This document shows, piece after piece, positions 7,172-16,375 of a DNA stretch of 64,000 bases. Both the position numbers and the translations under genes were made by a program. The number at the start of each line of letters is the position of its first letter. The stretch's first letter is position 1. This DNA comes from an uncultured Clostridia bacterium (GTDB taxonomy: Bacteria > Bacillota > Clostridia > Oscillospirales > CAG-272). The stretch covers positions 134,374 through 198,373 of the forward strand of contig CAMEON010000001.1 in assembly GCA_945929845.1 (NCBI GenBank), written 5' to 3'. The notes below the pieces were generated by a model that was not told where the DNA came from, ran no database searches, and saw nothing but the letters and a program-made list of their open reading frames with translations.

Positions 7172-8122
7172 ATGGCATACGATTTACCCGTTTACCTGTT
7201 CACCGGCTTCCTGGAGGGCGGAAAGACCCACATGATCCAGGAATCCATGGAGAGCGAGCAGTTCAACACCGGAGAGAAGACCCTGATCATCCAGTGTGAG
7301 GAAGGCATTGACGAGTTGGATATCTCCACCTTTTCCGGGAAGAATGTGTACCTGGAGACGGTGGAGAACGAGGAGGATCTGACGACAGAAAACCTCACGG
7401 CCATGGCAAAGAAGCACAAGCTGGATCGGGTCATCATTGAGTATAACGGCATGTGGATGCTCCGTACCCTGTATGAGAACCTGCCCCGCAACTGGGCCAT
7501 CTTCCAGCAGATGATGTTCGCCGATGCCAATACCTTCCTCCAGTACAACCAGAATATGCGCTCCCTCATGGTGGATAAGCTGATGAACTGCGAGATGGTG
7601 GTGCTGACCCGCACCCCGGCGGACATTGACAAGAGCGAGATACACAAGATCGTCCGTGGGTGCTCCCGCCGGGCGCAGATATCCTACGACTACCCGGACG
7701 GGCATGTGGAGTACGATGACATCGAAGATCCGTTGCCTTTTGACATGAACGCTCCCATTGTGGAGATCGCCGATGACGATTATGCCGTCTGGTATCGGGA
7801 TCTGTCCGAGGAGATGGACAACTGGGCGGACAAGGTCGTCCGTTTCAAGGGTCTGGTGGCCCGGGATGCCAAGCTGGGCAAGAATTCTATCATTGTGGGA
7901 CGCCATGTCATGACCTGCTGTGCCGCCGATATTGCATATAACGGGCTGGTATGTAACTTCCCGGCACCCTCCCCCCTGAAGACGAGGGACTGGGTGCTGG
8001 TGACAGCCAGGGTCAAGCTGGAGGCGCACAGGCTTTACGGCGGACGCCGTGGCCCGGTTCTGTACGCTTCCGCCTGCGAACCTGCCACAAAGCCCGTGGA
8101 AGAGGTGGCTACATTCTATTAA
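7172..8122 (+). CDS. degenerate COG0523-like N-domain fused to a DUF1980/TIGR03943-like C-terminal CC-motif domain
   Basis: GFLEGGKTHM and LIIQCEEGIDELD parallel the CobW motifs GFLGAGKTT and NEFGE.GID, but the CxCC motif is missing. The C-terminus (GRHVMTCCAADIAYNGL ... WVLVTARV) resembles DUF1980. RBS GGCGGAGG. Confidence 0.75.
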   Translation: MAYDLPVYLFTGFLEGGKTHMIQESMESEQFNTGEKTLIIQCEEGIDELDISTFSGKNVYLETVENEEDLTTENLTAMAKKHKLDRVIIEYNGMWMLRTLYENLPRNWAIFQQMMFADANTFLQYNQNMRSLMVDKLMNCEMVVLTRTPADIDKSEIHKIVRGCSRRAQISYDYPDGHVEYDDIEDPLPFDMNAPIVEIADDDYAVWYRDLSEEMDNWADKVVRFKGLVARDAKLGKNSIIVGRHVMTCCAADIAYNGLVCNFPAPSPLKTRDWVLVTARVKLEAHRLYGGRRGPVLYASACEPATKPVEEVATFY

Positions 8123-8287
8123 GGAAACGCTGATTTAATGAGGTGGTACAGATTCGGTACAGATTTTTTTTGCCTGCGATTGCGAAAAACTCAAGATGTA
8201 CTGGATGTACATCGAGTTTTTCGGCAAGAAGCAGGCGGGAAAAGATGTGCCGAAGATGTGCCGCCGAATAAATCAGCGGTTCCTTAA
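8119..8287 (+). repeat. palindromic element, copy 2 of 3 (169 bp)
   Basis: Identical to copy 1 apart from T-run length (8 vs 6) and about 3 substitutions. Its left TTAAGG tip contains the TAA stop (8120-8122) of the preceding CDS. Confidence 0.9.
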
Positions 8288-8327
8288 GGCCGCCCTTTTG
8301 TGCGTATCAGAGGAAGGAGGGTCTTTC

Positions 8328-8897
8328 ATGTCGCTTTCAGAAGAGTTTCTAAATCAAATAGTTCGGGAGACTGCCACTGCCACCGAGGAATTGATCACAG
8401 CCGCCGGACTGCGTGCCGGTCAGATCCTGGTGGTCGGCTGCTCCTCGTCAGAAATGGTAGGTCAGCGCATCGGGAAAGGTTCCAGTATGGAGGCCGCCGG
8501 GGCTTTGGTGAACACGCTGATGCCCATTCTTTTGAAAAATGGAATCTTCCTGGCCGCCCAGTGCTGTGAGCACCTGAACCGTGCCCTGATCGTGGAGCGG
8601 GCTTGCGCCGAGCAGTACGGCCTTGAGGTGGTATGGGTCAAGCCGCAACCCCATGCGGGTGGCTCCTTTGCCACAACGGTTTGGGAGAGGATGCAGGAGC
8701 CAGTGGCCGTGGAATCCATCCGTGCCCATGCAGGCATGGATATCGGCGGTACGCTGATCGGTATGCACCTGCGCCGGGTAGCCGTGCCGGTTCGCCTGTC
8801 TGTCACCCGCATCGGCGAGGCCCCCGTACTCTTTGCCCGCACCCGCCCCGCCTATGTAGGCGGCCCTCGGGCTATCTATCAGGATGATCAACCGTAA
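8328..8897 (+). CDS. TIGR01440/DUF436 (UPF0340) family protein
   Basis: ATG at 8328 follows RBS AGGAAGGAGG. AGQILVVGCSSSEMVGQRIGKGSS ... FLAAQCCEHLNRALIVER is typical of the YwlG-like family. The upstream part of the tracked ORF is repeat sequence. Confidence 0.8.
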   Translation: MSLSEEFLNQIVRETATATEELITAAGLRAGQILVVGCSSSEMVGQRIGKGSSMEAAGALVNTLMPILLKNGIFLAAQCCEHLNRALIVERACAEQYGLEVVWVKPQPHAGGSFATTVWERMQEPVAVESIRAHAGMDIGGTLIGMHLRRVAVPVRLSVTRIGEAPVLFARTRPAYVGGPRAIYQDDQP

Positions 8898-8918
8898 GGA
8901 GAAGAATAACCGAAAAGA

Positions 8919-8957
8919 CTGCCGCACCATCTACCATCACCGGTGCGGCAGTTTTTT
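8919..8957. terminator. bidirectional rho-independent terminator
   Basis: CTGCCGCACC (8919-8928) pairs with GGTGCGGCAG (8942-8951) and is followed by TTTTTT. It is preceded by AAAAG and lies between convergent genes. Confidence 0.8.
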
Positions 8958-8991
8958 GGCTTTTATGTTTATGACTTCTGTTTGTGAGGAT

Positions 8992-10308
8992 TCAACCCCG
9001 GTCAAACAGGGTGCCTTGATCCAACTGCTGGGATTTCTTCCTCCAGATCCGGCCACCCACAAGACATACCAGGATACCCAGGAAGGAGATGGCAAGCCAG
9101 ATCAGGATCAGGACGCTCCAGCCCGCCCACTCTGCGGCGAGGCCGTACAGGGAGGAGAAGGCGGCAGATGCGAAGTAGGCACAGCAGTTGAGAAATCCGG
9201 TCACAGAGGAGGTAAGGCCCAGCCCCGCAAAGTGATAGGGAAGCATGGTCAGGAACATGGTGTTGGCACCCCACATGGAGGATATGCTGACAGCCAGACA
9301 GAAGGCGCACAGGAGGGCGCTCCGATCCCCGGCTATGCGGATGACCAGAATACACACTGCGGACAGGACGAACATGACCCCGCCGGTGTACAGCTCGTTA
9401 TGGATGAATTTCTTATTGATCCAGGTGGACACATAGGCACCGGAAACCGTGACAATGGGGATGATGACAGACACCAGGGCCGAGGTGGACTCATCCAGGC
9501 CGAACCGTTCGGACAGGAAGGTGGGTATCCAAGCGTTCATGGCATCCTTCAGTGCCCCGTTGCAAAGCAGGCACAGGAGCACCAATAGCAGACCGGAGGC
9601 AAGGATAACGGAGATCAGGGAGGGGCGGGTTCCCGTGGCATGCCTGTTTTCTGTGCTTGCATGGTGATCGGTGACGGCTTGCCGACTGACCCGGCACTGC
9701 GCCTCCATGCTGGCGATGTATGCACGGAGCCGGAGATTCCCGCATGTCCAAACGGCAAACGCAAGCAGGAGAAGTCCGCCGCATACGGCGAATACCGTGT
9801 GCCAGTCAGACACCCGGAGGAATAGGGCGGGGATCAGGTAGGCGCACACCGTGCCCACCGGAATGGAGGCGGCGATGTTGACACCGGCGGCATACCGCTT
9901 ACTTTCCGGTAGATGGTCGGTAAATACCCGCATCATGGGTGCCCACAGCATGGAATGGAACAGGCCGTTCAGGCTCCAGATCACCAGCATGAGCCAGGGC
10001 AGAGAACAGAAGCTCATACAGAGATTCATCAGTCCTGCCCCACACAGGCCACAGCCTATGAGATACTGGGGTCGTATGCGGGAGCCGCCGATGCCATTGA
10101 GCAGCTGACCTGACCCGTACACCACCATGTATGCGGTGGTTATGTAGCCCCCAAAGGCTTTGGTCAGCGTGCCGTCGGAGATCATAGCGGGAAGGCAGGC
10201 AGAGAAGTTCTGCCGCCCGATATAACTGAAGGCGTAAGCCAGAAAACAGAGCAGAAAAAGCTCTCCGGCGCAACGGTTGATTTTTTTCTCTGTCCAGGTG
10301 GTATTCAT
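8992..10308 (-). CDS. MFS transporter (organophosphate/sugar-phosphate antiporter-like)
   Basis: Twelve-TM-like profile with FLAYAFSYIGRQNFS and GSGQLLNGIGG motifs. ATG at 10308 was preferred; an alternative GTG lies at 10347. Confidence 0.8.
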   Translation of the reverse strand: MNTTWTEKKINRCAGELFLLCFLAYAFSYIGRQNFSACLPAMISDGTLTKAFGGYITTAYMVVYGSGQLLNGIGGSRIRPQYLIGCGLCGAGLMNLCMSFCSLPWLMLVIWSLNGLFHSMLWAPMMRVFTDHLPESKRYAAGVNIAASIPVGTVCAYLIPALFLRVSDWHTVFAVCGGLLLLAFAVWTCGNLRLRAYIASMEAQCRVSRQAVTDHHASTENRHATGTRPSLISVILASGLLLVLLCLLCNGALKDAMNAWIPTFLSERFGLDESTSALVSVIIPIVTVSGAYVSTWINKKFIHNELYTGGVMFVLSAVCILVIRIAGDRSALLCAFCLAVSISSMWGANTMFLTMLPYHFAGLGLTSSVTGFLNCCAYFASAAFSSLYGLAAEWAGWSVLILIWLAISFLGILVCLVGGRIWRKKSQQLDQGTLFDRG

Positions 10309-10434
10309 GATTCGTGTGTCCTTTTTCAATAGATTTTCGCTTTCCACTCACCCATGTCCCCGGCAGGTCATATGCTGTCCTGTCCGGCTCCGGTGGGATA
10401 GCTGGCCGGACGGGAAAGGAGTGACTGTTCAGCT

Positions 10435-11055
10435 ATGATCGCAACCAAGCCTTACATCAGGGAGCAGGCGGTGCAGTATGCCGAGGCCTGGGCTCTTGAC
10501 CGGAATCCGCTGTTCTTCAACTTCACGGGACGGGGCGGGAACTGCACCAGCTTTGCCTCTCAGGTGCTTCTTGCCGGATCCTGCACCATGAACTATACGC
10601 CGGACTTCGGATGGTACTACATCTCCCCGGAGGACAGGGCACCGGCCTGGGCCAGTGTGGAATACTTTTATGATTTTATCACCCAGCAACCGGCCTTTTA
10701 TAATGAAAACGGAGGGCTGGGTCCCTTTGGGCGGGAGGTAGATGGCAGTGAGGTATTTGAGGGGGACTTCATTCAACTGGCTGACCGCACCGGGGACTTC
10801 TACCATACCCTGGTCATCACCGGATTTGAACCTGGCGACATCCTGATCTGTGCTAACTCCGACGACGCCCTCAACCGCCGCCTGTCTACCTATAATTACG
10901 CTTCCCTTCGTTTCATCCACATAGACGGTATCGCCGTGGAGATCCCGGATGACAATTGTTTCGATGCCCTGCTGTCCGGGGAAGCCATTCTGGTCAATGA
11001 ACCGTCGTCAAACCGCAACAGCACACGGCTTGATCTGCCGCCGGAGGAACTGTAA
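10435..11055 (+). CDS. putative amidase-domain protein (Amidase_6-like)
   Basis: AVQYAEAWALDRNPLFFNF..GGNCTSFASQVLLAG ... DFIQL...GDFYHTLVIT matches the Clostridial 'putative amidase domain' pattern. RBS GGAAAGGAG. Confidence 0.7.
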   Translation: MIATKPYIREQAVQYAEAWALDRNPLFFNFTGRGGNCTSFASQVLLAGSCTMNYTPDFGWYYISPEDRAPAWASVEYFYDFITQQPAFYNENGGLGPFGREVDGSEVFEGDFIQLADRTGDFYHTLVITGFEPGDILICANSDDALNRRLSTYNYASLRFIHIDGIAVEIPDDNCFDALLSGEAILVNEPSSNRNSTRLDLPPEEL

Positions 11056-12450
11056 CTATGTCTGTGCCTTGAGCGTTTTGAGTATCTCATACACGCTCCT
11101 GACCGGTATGACCTCCACACCTTGGATGTTCATGGGTCGTTTCTCCACATTGCGGAAGGGTACGATGGCCCGGGTAAAGCCAAGGCGTACCGCTTCGTGA
11201 ACCCGCTGTTCCAGATTGGACACACTGCGCACTTCACCTGCCAATCCCAACTCGCCGATGACCATCAGCTCATCCGGCACCACCCGATCTGTCAGGGAGG
11301 AGATCAGGGAGGTGGCCATAGCCAGATCCGCCGCCGGCTCTCCGATGGAAAGACCACCGATAACATTCAGGTACACATCGTTCTGATAGAATTTCAGTCC
11401 CAGCCGTTTTTCCAGCACTGCCAGGATGAGGTAGAGCCGGTTGTAATCCACGCCGTTGGCCGTGCGCCGGGGGGAAGGGAAGACCGTGGGCGTGACCAGT
11501 GCCTGGATCTCGGCAATCAGGGGTCGTGTGCCCTCCATGGTACACAGGGCACAGTTGCCGGATACCTGCTTGGGCCGCCCGGAAAGCAGCATCTCCGACG
11601 GATTGGCCACCTCGTCCAGTCCCTTGTCCGTCATCTCAAATACCCCGATCTCATTGGTAGAGCCATACCGATTCTTGACGGCACGGATGATCCGGTAGGC
11701 CTGCTGTCGCTCCCCTTCAAAGTACAGCACCGCATCCACCATGTGCTCCAGCACCTTGGGGCCGGCAATGCCGCCCTCCTTATTCACATGACCCACCAGC
11801 AACATAGAAATGCCCTCTGCCTTGGCCTTGTTGATGAAGGTCAGGGCACATTCCCGCACCTGGGTGATGGAGCCAGGCGCAGAATTGATCCGGTCGGAGT
11901 ATATGGTCTGAATGGAATCCAGGATCATCACTTCCGGCCGGAGGGCGTCCGCCTCCGCCAGGATATGCTCCAGATTGGTTTCGGTCAGAATGAACAGATG
12001 CTCCCCGGACACGCCCAGGCGGCGGGCACGGAGCTTGAGCTGTCCCCCCGACTCCTCGCCGGACACATACAACACCTTCCGGCTCTGACCCAGACAGTCG
12101 GAGATCTGCATGAGCAGGGTGGACTTTCCGATGCCCGGTTCTCCGGCCAGGAGTACCACAGAACCCAGCACCAGACCGCCGCCAAGCACACGGTCCAGCT
12201 CCCCAAGGCCGGTCTCAGAGCGCATATACGCTGGCTCGTTCAGTCCGGTGAAGGGGACAGCGTGGGATTCCCCGGCGGTTGCAGATGGGGGACGGCGGGA
12301 TGCAGGCGAACGGCCGGTTTCCTCCGGCTCAGGTGAGACTACCTCTTCCGCCAGGGTGTTCCAACGGCCGCAATGGGGGCATTTCCCCAGCCATTTTGGG
12401 GAACGGGCACCGCATTCGGTGCAGACAAATATGGTCTTCGGCGTTTTCAT
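11056..12450 (-). CDS. radA: DNA repair protein RadA/Sms
   Basis: N-terminal zinc ribbon CTECGARSPKWLGKCPHCGRWNT, RecA-like GEPGIGKSTL, the KNRYGSTNE motif and a Lon-like C-terminal domain. Confidence 0.95.
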   Translation of the reverse strand: MKTPKTIFVCTECGARSPKWLGKCPHCGRWNTLAEEVVSPEPEETGRSPASRRPPSATAGESHAVPFTGLNEPAYMRSETGLGELDRVLGGGLVLGSVVLLAGEPGIGKSTLLMQISDCLGQSRKVLYVSGEESGGQLKLRARRLGVSGEHLFILTETNLEHILAEADALRPEVMILDSIQTIYSDRINSAPGSITQVRECALTFINKAKAEGISMLLVGHVNKEGGIAGPKVLEHMVDAVLYFEGERQQAYRIIRAVKNRYGSTNEIGVFEMTDKGLDEVANPSEMLLSGRPKQVSGNCALCTMEGTRPLIAEIQALVTPTVFPSPRRTANGVDYNRLYLILAVLEKRLGLKFYQNDVYLNVIGGLSIGEPAADLAMATSLISSLTDRVVPDELMVIGELGLAGEVRSVSNLEQRVHEAVRLGFTRAIVPFRNVEKRPMNIQGVEVIPVRSVYEILKTLKAQT

Positions 12451-12526
12451 GGTGTATGCGTACCTCTTTCTCTACAGGAACATGTGCCTTCCCGGTATAC
12501 CGCTGGAACGGGGAATCAGTCCCCCT

Positions 12527-12555
12527 ATTATAACATATTCAAACAGGAAAAACAA
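12527..12555 (-). promoter_or_regulatory. candidate radA promoter (TTGTTT-17-TGtTATAAT)
   Basis: The minus strand has -35 TTGTTT at 12555-12550 and an extended -10 TGTTATAAT ending at 12527. Confidence 0.45.
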
Positions 12556-12596
12556 GTAGTGCAGGACGAATTCGGGGCGGAAATGAAAAAAACCTC

Positions 12597-12625
12597 TTTA
12601 CAAAAGCCCGGCTGTATGCTATAAT
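12597..12625 (+). promoter_or_regulatory. sigma-A promoter (TTTACA-17-TATAAT) for hisS
   Basis: TTTACA at 12597-12602, a 17-nt spacer, TATAAT at 12620-12625. The leader to the ATG is only about 35 nt. Confidence 0.7.
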
Positions 12626-12665
12626 ATAATGGTAAAATGATATGGTTATAGGGAAGGGAATTTTT

Positions 12666-13946
12666 ATGTTCATCAAGGAAACAGTCAAGGGTATGCGGGA
12701 CATTCTCCCGGCGGAGATGGAGATCCGGGAGTACCTGTTATCCAAGCTCAAATACATTTACACCTCCTTTGGCTACACGCAGATCGAGACCCCCTGCATG
12801 GAGCGGATCGAAAATCTGACCAACAAGCAGGGCGGAGAGAATGAAAAACTGATCTTCAAGGTTCTGAAGCGTGGCGAAAAGCTCAACGAATCCATGGATC
12901 TGTCAAACCCGGACAGCCTGGCTGACTCCGGGATGAGGTATGACCTGACCGTCCCGCTGTCCCGGTACTACGCCAACAATGCCGGGAGCCTGCCCACGCC
13001 CTTCAAGTCCTTGCAGGTGGGCAGCGTGTGGCGGGCTGACCGTCCGCAGAAGGGACGGTTCCGCCAGTTTACCCAGTGTGATATTGACATTCTCGGCGAT
13101 GCCTCCAATACGGCAGAAAGCGAGCTGATCTATGTCACCTCCCTGTTCCTGGACAGCGTGGGCGTCAAGGGCAATACGGTCATGGTCAATGACCGCCGGA
13201 TCCTCAAGGGCATGGCCAGAAAGGCAGGATTTGCCGAGGAGAATTACAGTAAGGTCTTCATCATTCTGGACAAGTATGACAAGATCGGCGAAGAGGGTGT
13301 CAGGAAGGAACTGCTGGAGTCCGGCTGTGAGGCCGACGCAGTGGAAGCCTACATGGACATTTTCCACGGCTTCCTGGCGGCAGAGGATCGCTTCGCCTAT
13401 GCGGAAACCGCCTTTGGCGACGCTATGGAGCCGGGCGTGGCCGACAATATCCGTCAGATCTTCGACAATGTGGCGCTCATGTCCGGCGGAAAATTCCACC
13501 TTTCCTTCGACCCCACCCTGGTGCGTGGCATGGGTTACTACACCGGAACCATTTTTGAGATCAAGTCCGAAGATTTCAAAGGCTCCTCCATCGCCGGAGG
13601 CGGTCGTTATGACAATATGATCGGTAGCTTCACAGGAACACCCACTTGCGCCTGCGGCTTTTCCATTGGCTTTGAGCGGCTGGTCGGGGCCTTGTTGGAC
13701 AAGAAGTATAAGGTGGCGGGGAGTCGGGAAAAGGTCGCCGTCCTGTACGGAAAGGCCTTTGCCTCCGGAGATGTAGCCCGTCTCCAACAGAAATGTAATG
13801 CTATTCGGGAGAGCGGCAAGGTCGTACTCTGCCAGCGGATGAACAAGAATGTAGGCTTCCAGAAGCAGAAGCTGGAGGCAGAAGGGTACACGGTCTTCGT
13901 GGATGTCCGCAATCCGGAGGAGATCGACAAGGTCGAAGGGGTCTGA
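12666..13946 (+). CDS. hisS: histidine--tRNA ligase
   Basis: GMRDILP, RADRPQKGRFRQFTQCDIDILG and GGGRYDNMIG...GFSIGFERL class II HisRS motifs. ATG at 12666 follows RBS GGGAAGGGAA. Confidence 0.9.
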   Translation: MFIKETVKGMRDILPAEMEIREYLLSKLKYIYTSFGYTQIETPCMERIENLTNKQGGENEKLIFKVLKRGEKLNESMDLSNPDSLADSGMRYDLTVPLSRYYANNAGSLPTPFKSLQVGSVWRADRPQKGRFRQFTQCDIDILGDASNTAESELIYVTSLFLDSVGVKGNTVMVNDRRILKGMARKAGFAEENYSKVFIILDKYDKIGEEGVRKELLESGCEADAVEAYMDIFHGFLAAEDRFAYAETAFGDAMEPGVADNIRQIFDNVALMSGGKFHLSFDPTLVRGMGYYTGTIFEIKSEDFKGSSIAGGGRYDNMIGSFTGTPTCACGFSIGFERLVGALLDKKYKVAGSREKVAVLYGKAFASGDVARLQQKCNAIRESGKVVLCQRMNKNVGFQKQKLEAEGYTVFVDVRNPEEIDKVEGV

Positions 13947-13957
13947 CGCAGGAAAGG

Positions 13958-13991
13958 AAAGAGAGAGTACGAAAACATACTCTCTCTTTTT
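13958..13991. terminator. bidirectional terminator between hisS and rpe
   Basis: GAGAGAGTA (13961-13969) pairs with TACTCTCTC (13978-13986), flanked by an A-run and TTTTT. Confidence 0.8.
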
Positions 13992-14006
13992 ATGTACTCT
14001 TAGGAT

Positions 14007-14678
14007 TCATTTCAGGAACGGGTGATCCCGGTAAGCCTCCCGCATTTTCTGGATCACACCCCGGGGGTGCCGGGTCTTGAACAGGGCGGATCCGGCCACA
14101 AGAACATTGGCTCCCGCTTCGGTGCAGTACCAGGCATTATCCGCCGTCACGCCTCCGTCCACCTCCAGCTTCAGGTCAACGCCCTTCCGGACAGCATACC
14201 GGCGCAGGGTACGCACCTTGTCCAGCGTTTCCGGAATCAAGGTTTGTCCCCCGAACCCAGGCTCCACCGTCATCACCAGGATCATGTCAGCCAGCCCTAC
14301 AAAGGGGAAAAGTACCTCCGCCGGGGTACGGGGAGATATGGCGACCCCGCAGGGCATCTCCCTGGCCTTGATGGTCTTCAGCACCGACAGGGGATCCTCC
14401 ACCGACTCATAATGGAAGGTGATAATGTCAGCCCCGGCCTTGATAAAGGCATCCGCATACCGGAGCGGATCGCTGATCATCAGGTGCACATCAAAGAACA
14501 GGTTGGTACTGCGCCGTATGGAGGACACAAGCCCGGGGCCAAAGCTGATGTTAGGGACGAAATGGCCGTCCATGATGTCCAGATGGAGATAGTTTGCACC
14601 GGCATCTTCCATGCGACCGATCTCATTCCGCAGATCGGAAAAGTCGGCAGACAGGAGGGAGGGAGCCACATAAAACAT
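14007..14678 (-). CDS. rpe: ribulose-phosphate 3-epimerase
   Basis: PSLLSADFSDL...HLDIMDGHFVPNISFGP and MTVEPGFGGQ motifs. Confidence 0.95.
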   Translation of the reverse strand: MFYVAPSLLSADFSDLRNEIGRMEDAGANYLHLDIMDGHFVPNISFGPGLVSSIRRSTNLFFDVHLMISDPLRYADAFIKAGADIITFHYESVEDPLSVLKTIKAREMPCGVAISPRTPAEVLFPFVGLADMILVMTVEPGFGGQTLIPETLDKVRTLRRYAVRKGVDLKLEVDGGVTADNAWYCTEAGANVLVAGSALFKTRHPRGVIQKMREAYRDHPFLK

Positions 14679-14974
14679 GAGTTGATCTCCTTTCGTTTTT
14701 GCTTTTCATGCTGAGAAGAAAGGGCTTGCTGGAGCTGGTGGGACACGGGTGCAAGCAGGAACCATTGCCGTATTTTTGCATAAAATGGAGGTGTGGGAAA
14801 AACCGTGTCGCTTTCTGTCGCTGGGAAATGCAAAGAGGAAGCCGTCATCCGGAGAAATACCGGATGGCTGTATTTGTCGTGTGTCAAATGTCGTATGATA
14901 TAAGGATCTGCGGCAAGCGGGCGGCACTTGATATACCCGGCCTGTCCCCCCAGGACGGATGGGCCGGGGGAGGA

Positions 14975-15448
14975 TCAGGCCTCCTCCAGCAGGCAGACCG
15001 CATGGGCGGCGATCCCCTCACCGGCTCCGGTGAAGCCAAGCCGCTCCTCGGTGGTTGCCTTGATGCTGATTCGGTCCGGAGCGGTATCAAGAACAGATGC
15101 CACATTAGCCCGCATGGCCGGGATGAAGGGAGCCAGCTTGGGAGCCTGGGCGATCACGGTGACATCCACATTCCCGATCCTGTACCCCGCCTGCACCATC
15201 CTGTGAGCTACCTGGATAGCAAGGCACATACTGTCCGCACCTTCATAGGCCGGATCACTGTCCGGAAACAGGTGCCCGATGTCTCCAAGACAAAGAGCAC
15301 CGAGGATAGCGTCCATGACCGCATGGAGCAGGACATCCGCATCACTGTGTCCCAGAAGACCCTTCTCATAAGGCACCGTAACGCCGCCCAGGATCAGGGG
15401 TCTGCCTTCGGTCAGGCGGTGTACATCGTACCCGTGCCCGATCCTCAT
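14975..15448 (-). CDS. ispF: 2-C-methyl-D-erythritol 2,4-cyclodiphosphate synthase
   Basis: [12 protein letters not shown]...LGGV...[11 protein letters not shown] motif. Overlaps ispD by 4 nt. Confidence 0.95.
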   Translation of the reverse strand: MRIGHGYDVHRLTEGRPLILGGVTVPYEKGLLGHSDADVLLHAVMDAILGALCLGDIGHLFPDSDPAYEGADSMCLAIQVAHRMVQAGYRIGNVDVTVIAQAPKLAPFIPAMRANVASVLDTAPDRISIKATTEERLGFTGAGEGIAAHAVCLLEEA

Positions 15449-16287
15449 GAATCTGTCTCCTCATCCTCCGGGGCGGGCTCCTCCGGCAGGGGGATATTCA
15501 GCTCGTCACCGGCCGCCTTCCTGGCCTCCAGGATGGCATGGGCATAGATCAGGTCTCCCGGCTCGGTGATCTTGATGTTTTCCCGTCTGGTGGCCACCAT
15601 TTTGACCGGGATATGCAGATGCTCCACCATGGAATTGTCGTCCGTGGCCTTGAAGCCTTCGTCCCGGCAGGCATATGCGGCGGCACGGTACACGGGAACA
15701 CGGAATACCTGGGGCGTTTGAGCCAGCCAGACATAGGGCCGATCCGGCGTGGACTCCACGAATGCGGATTTATCTACGATCTTCACGGTGTCGTTGACCT
15801 TCACACCGGCAGAGGCGGCTTCCCACTGGTAGGCCGCATGGCACACCTTGTCGATCTCCGCCGGGGTGGTCAGGCACCGGGCGCCATCGGCAATGGCGAT
15901 GTACTTGGCCTTGCTGTCCACCACATCCGAACCAAACCGTGCAGATTCCTGGCGGGTCTCTCCGCCCTTGACCACCTGGGTCAGCTTGGTGATCAGGTAC
16001 TTTTCCTTCAAGTCCTGATACAGAGGGATCTCCTCCTCCCTGGCCACCACGATGATCTCGTGGATGCAGTCGGCGGCCTCATAAGCCAGCAGGGTGCGCA
16101 CCACGATCGGAACGCCGTCCAGTTCCATAAACTGCTTGGTCTGCCCCTCTCCCATGCGGGTGGAGGAACCGGCTGCACAAATGACAGCCGAGGTAAAATT
16201 CTTGGGATGGGGCTTTCCGCTTACGGCCCGCAGGACACCGGCCATCTTCGTGGTAAAGGGAACCTTTTTCTCCTTGGATTCACTCAT
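15445..16287 (-). CDS. ispD: 2-C-methyl-D-erythritol 4-phosphate cytidylyltransferase
   Basis: [12 protein letters not shown]...KQFMELDG IspD motif. Start chosen at MSESKEKK (16287) by RBS GAAAGGAA; the tracked ORF extends to 16314. Acidic C-terminal tail. Confidence 0.85.
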   Translation of the reverse strand: MSESKEKKVPFTTKMAGVLRAVSGKPHPKNFTSAVICAAGSSTRMGEGQTKQFMELDGVPIVVRTLLAYEAADCIHEIIVVAREEEIPLYQDLKEKYLITKLTQVVKGGETRQESARFGSDVVDSKAKYIAIADGARCLTTPAEIDKVCHAAYQWEAASAGVKVNDTVKIVDKSAFVESTPDRPYVWLAQTPQVFRVPVYRAAAYACRDEGFKATDDNSMVEHLHIPVKMVATRRENIKITEPGDLIYAHAILEARKAAGDELNIPLPEEPAPEDEETDS

Positions 16288-16375
16288 GTGTGTGACCATT
16301 CCTTTCTCATACATATATTTTGCGTCCGATACCGGGTCGGAACAGGGCAGGTATACATCCTTTCAATATGGCGAC

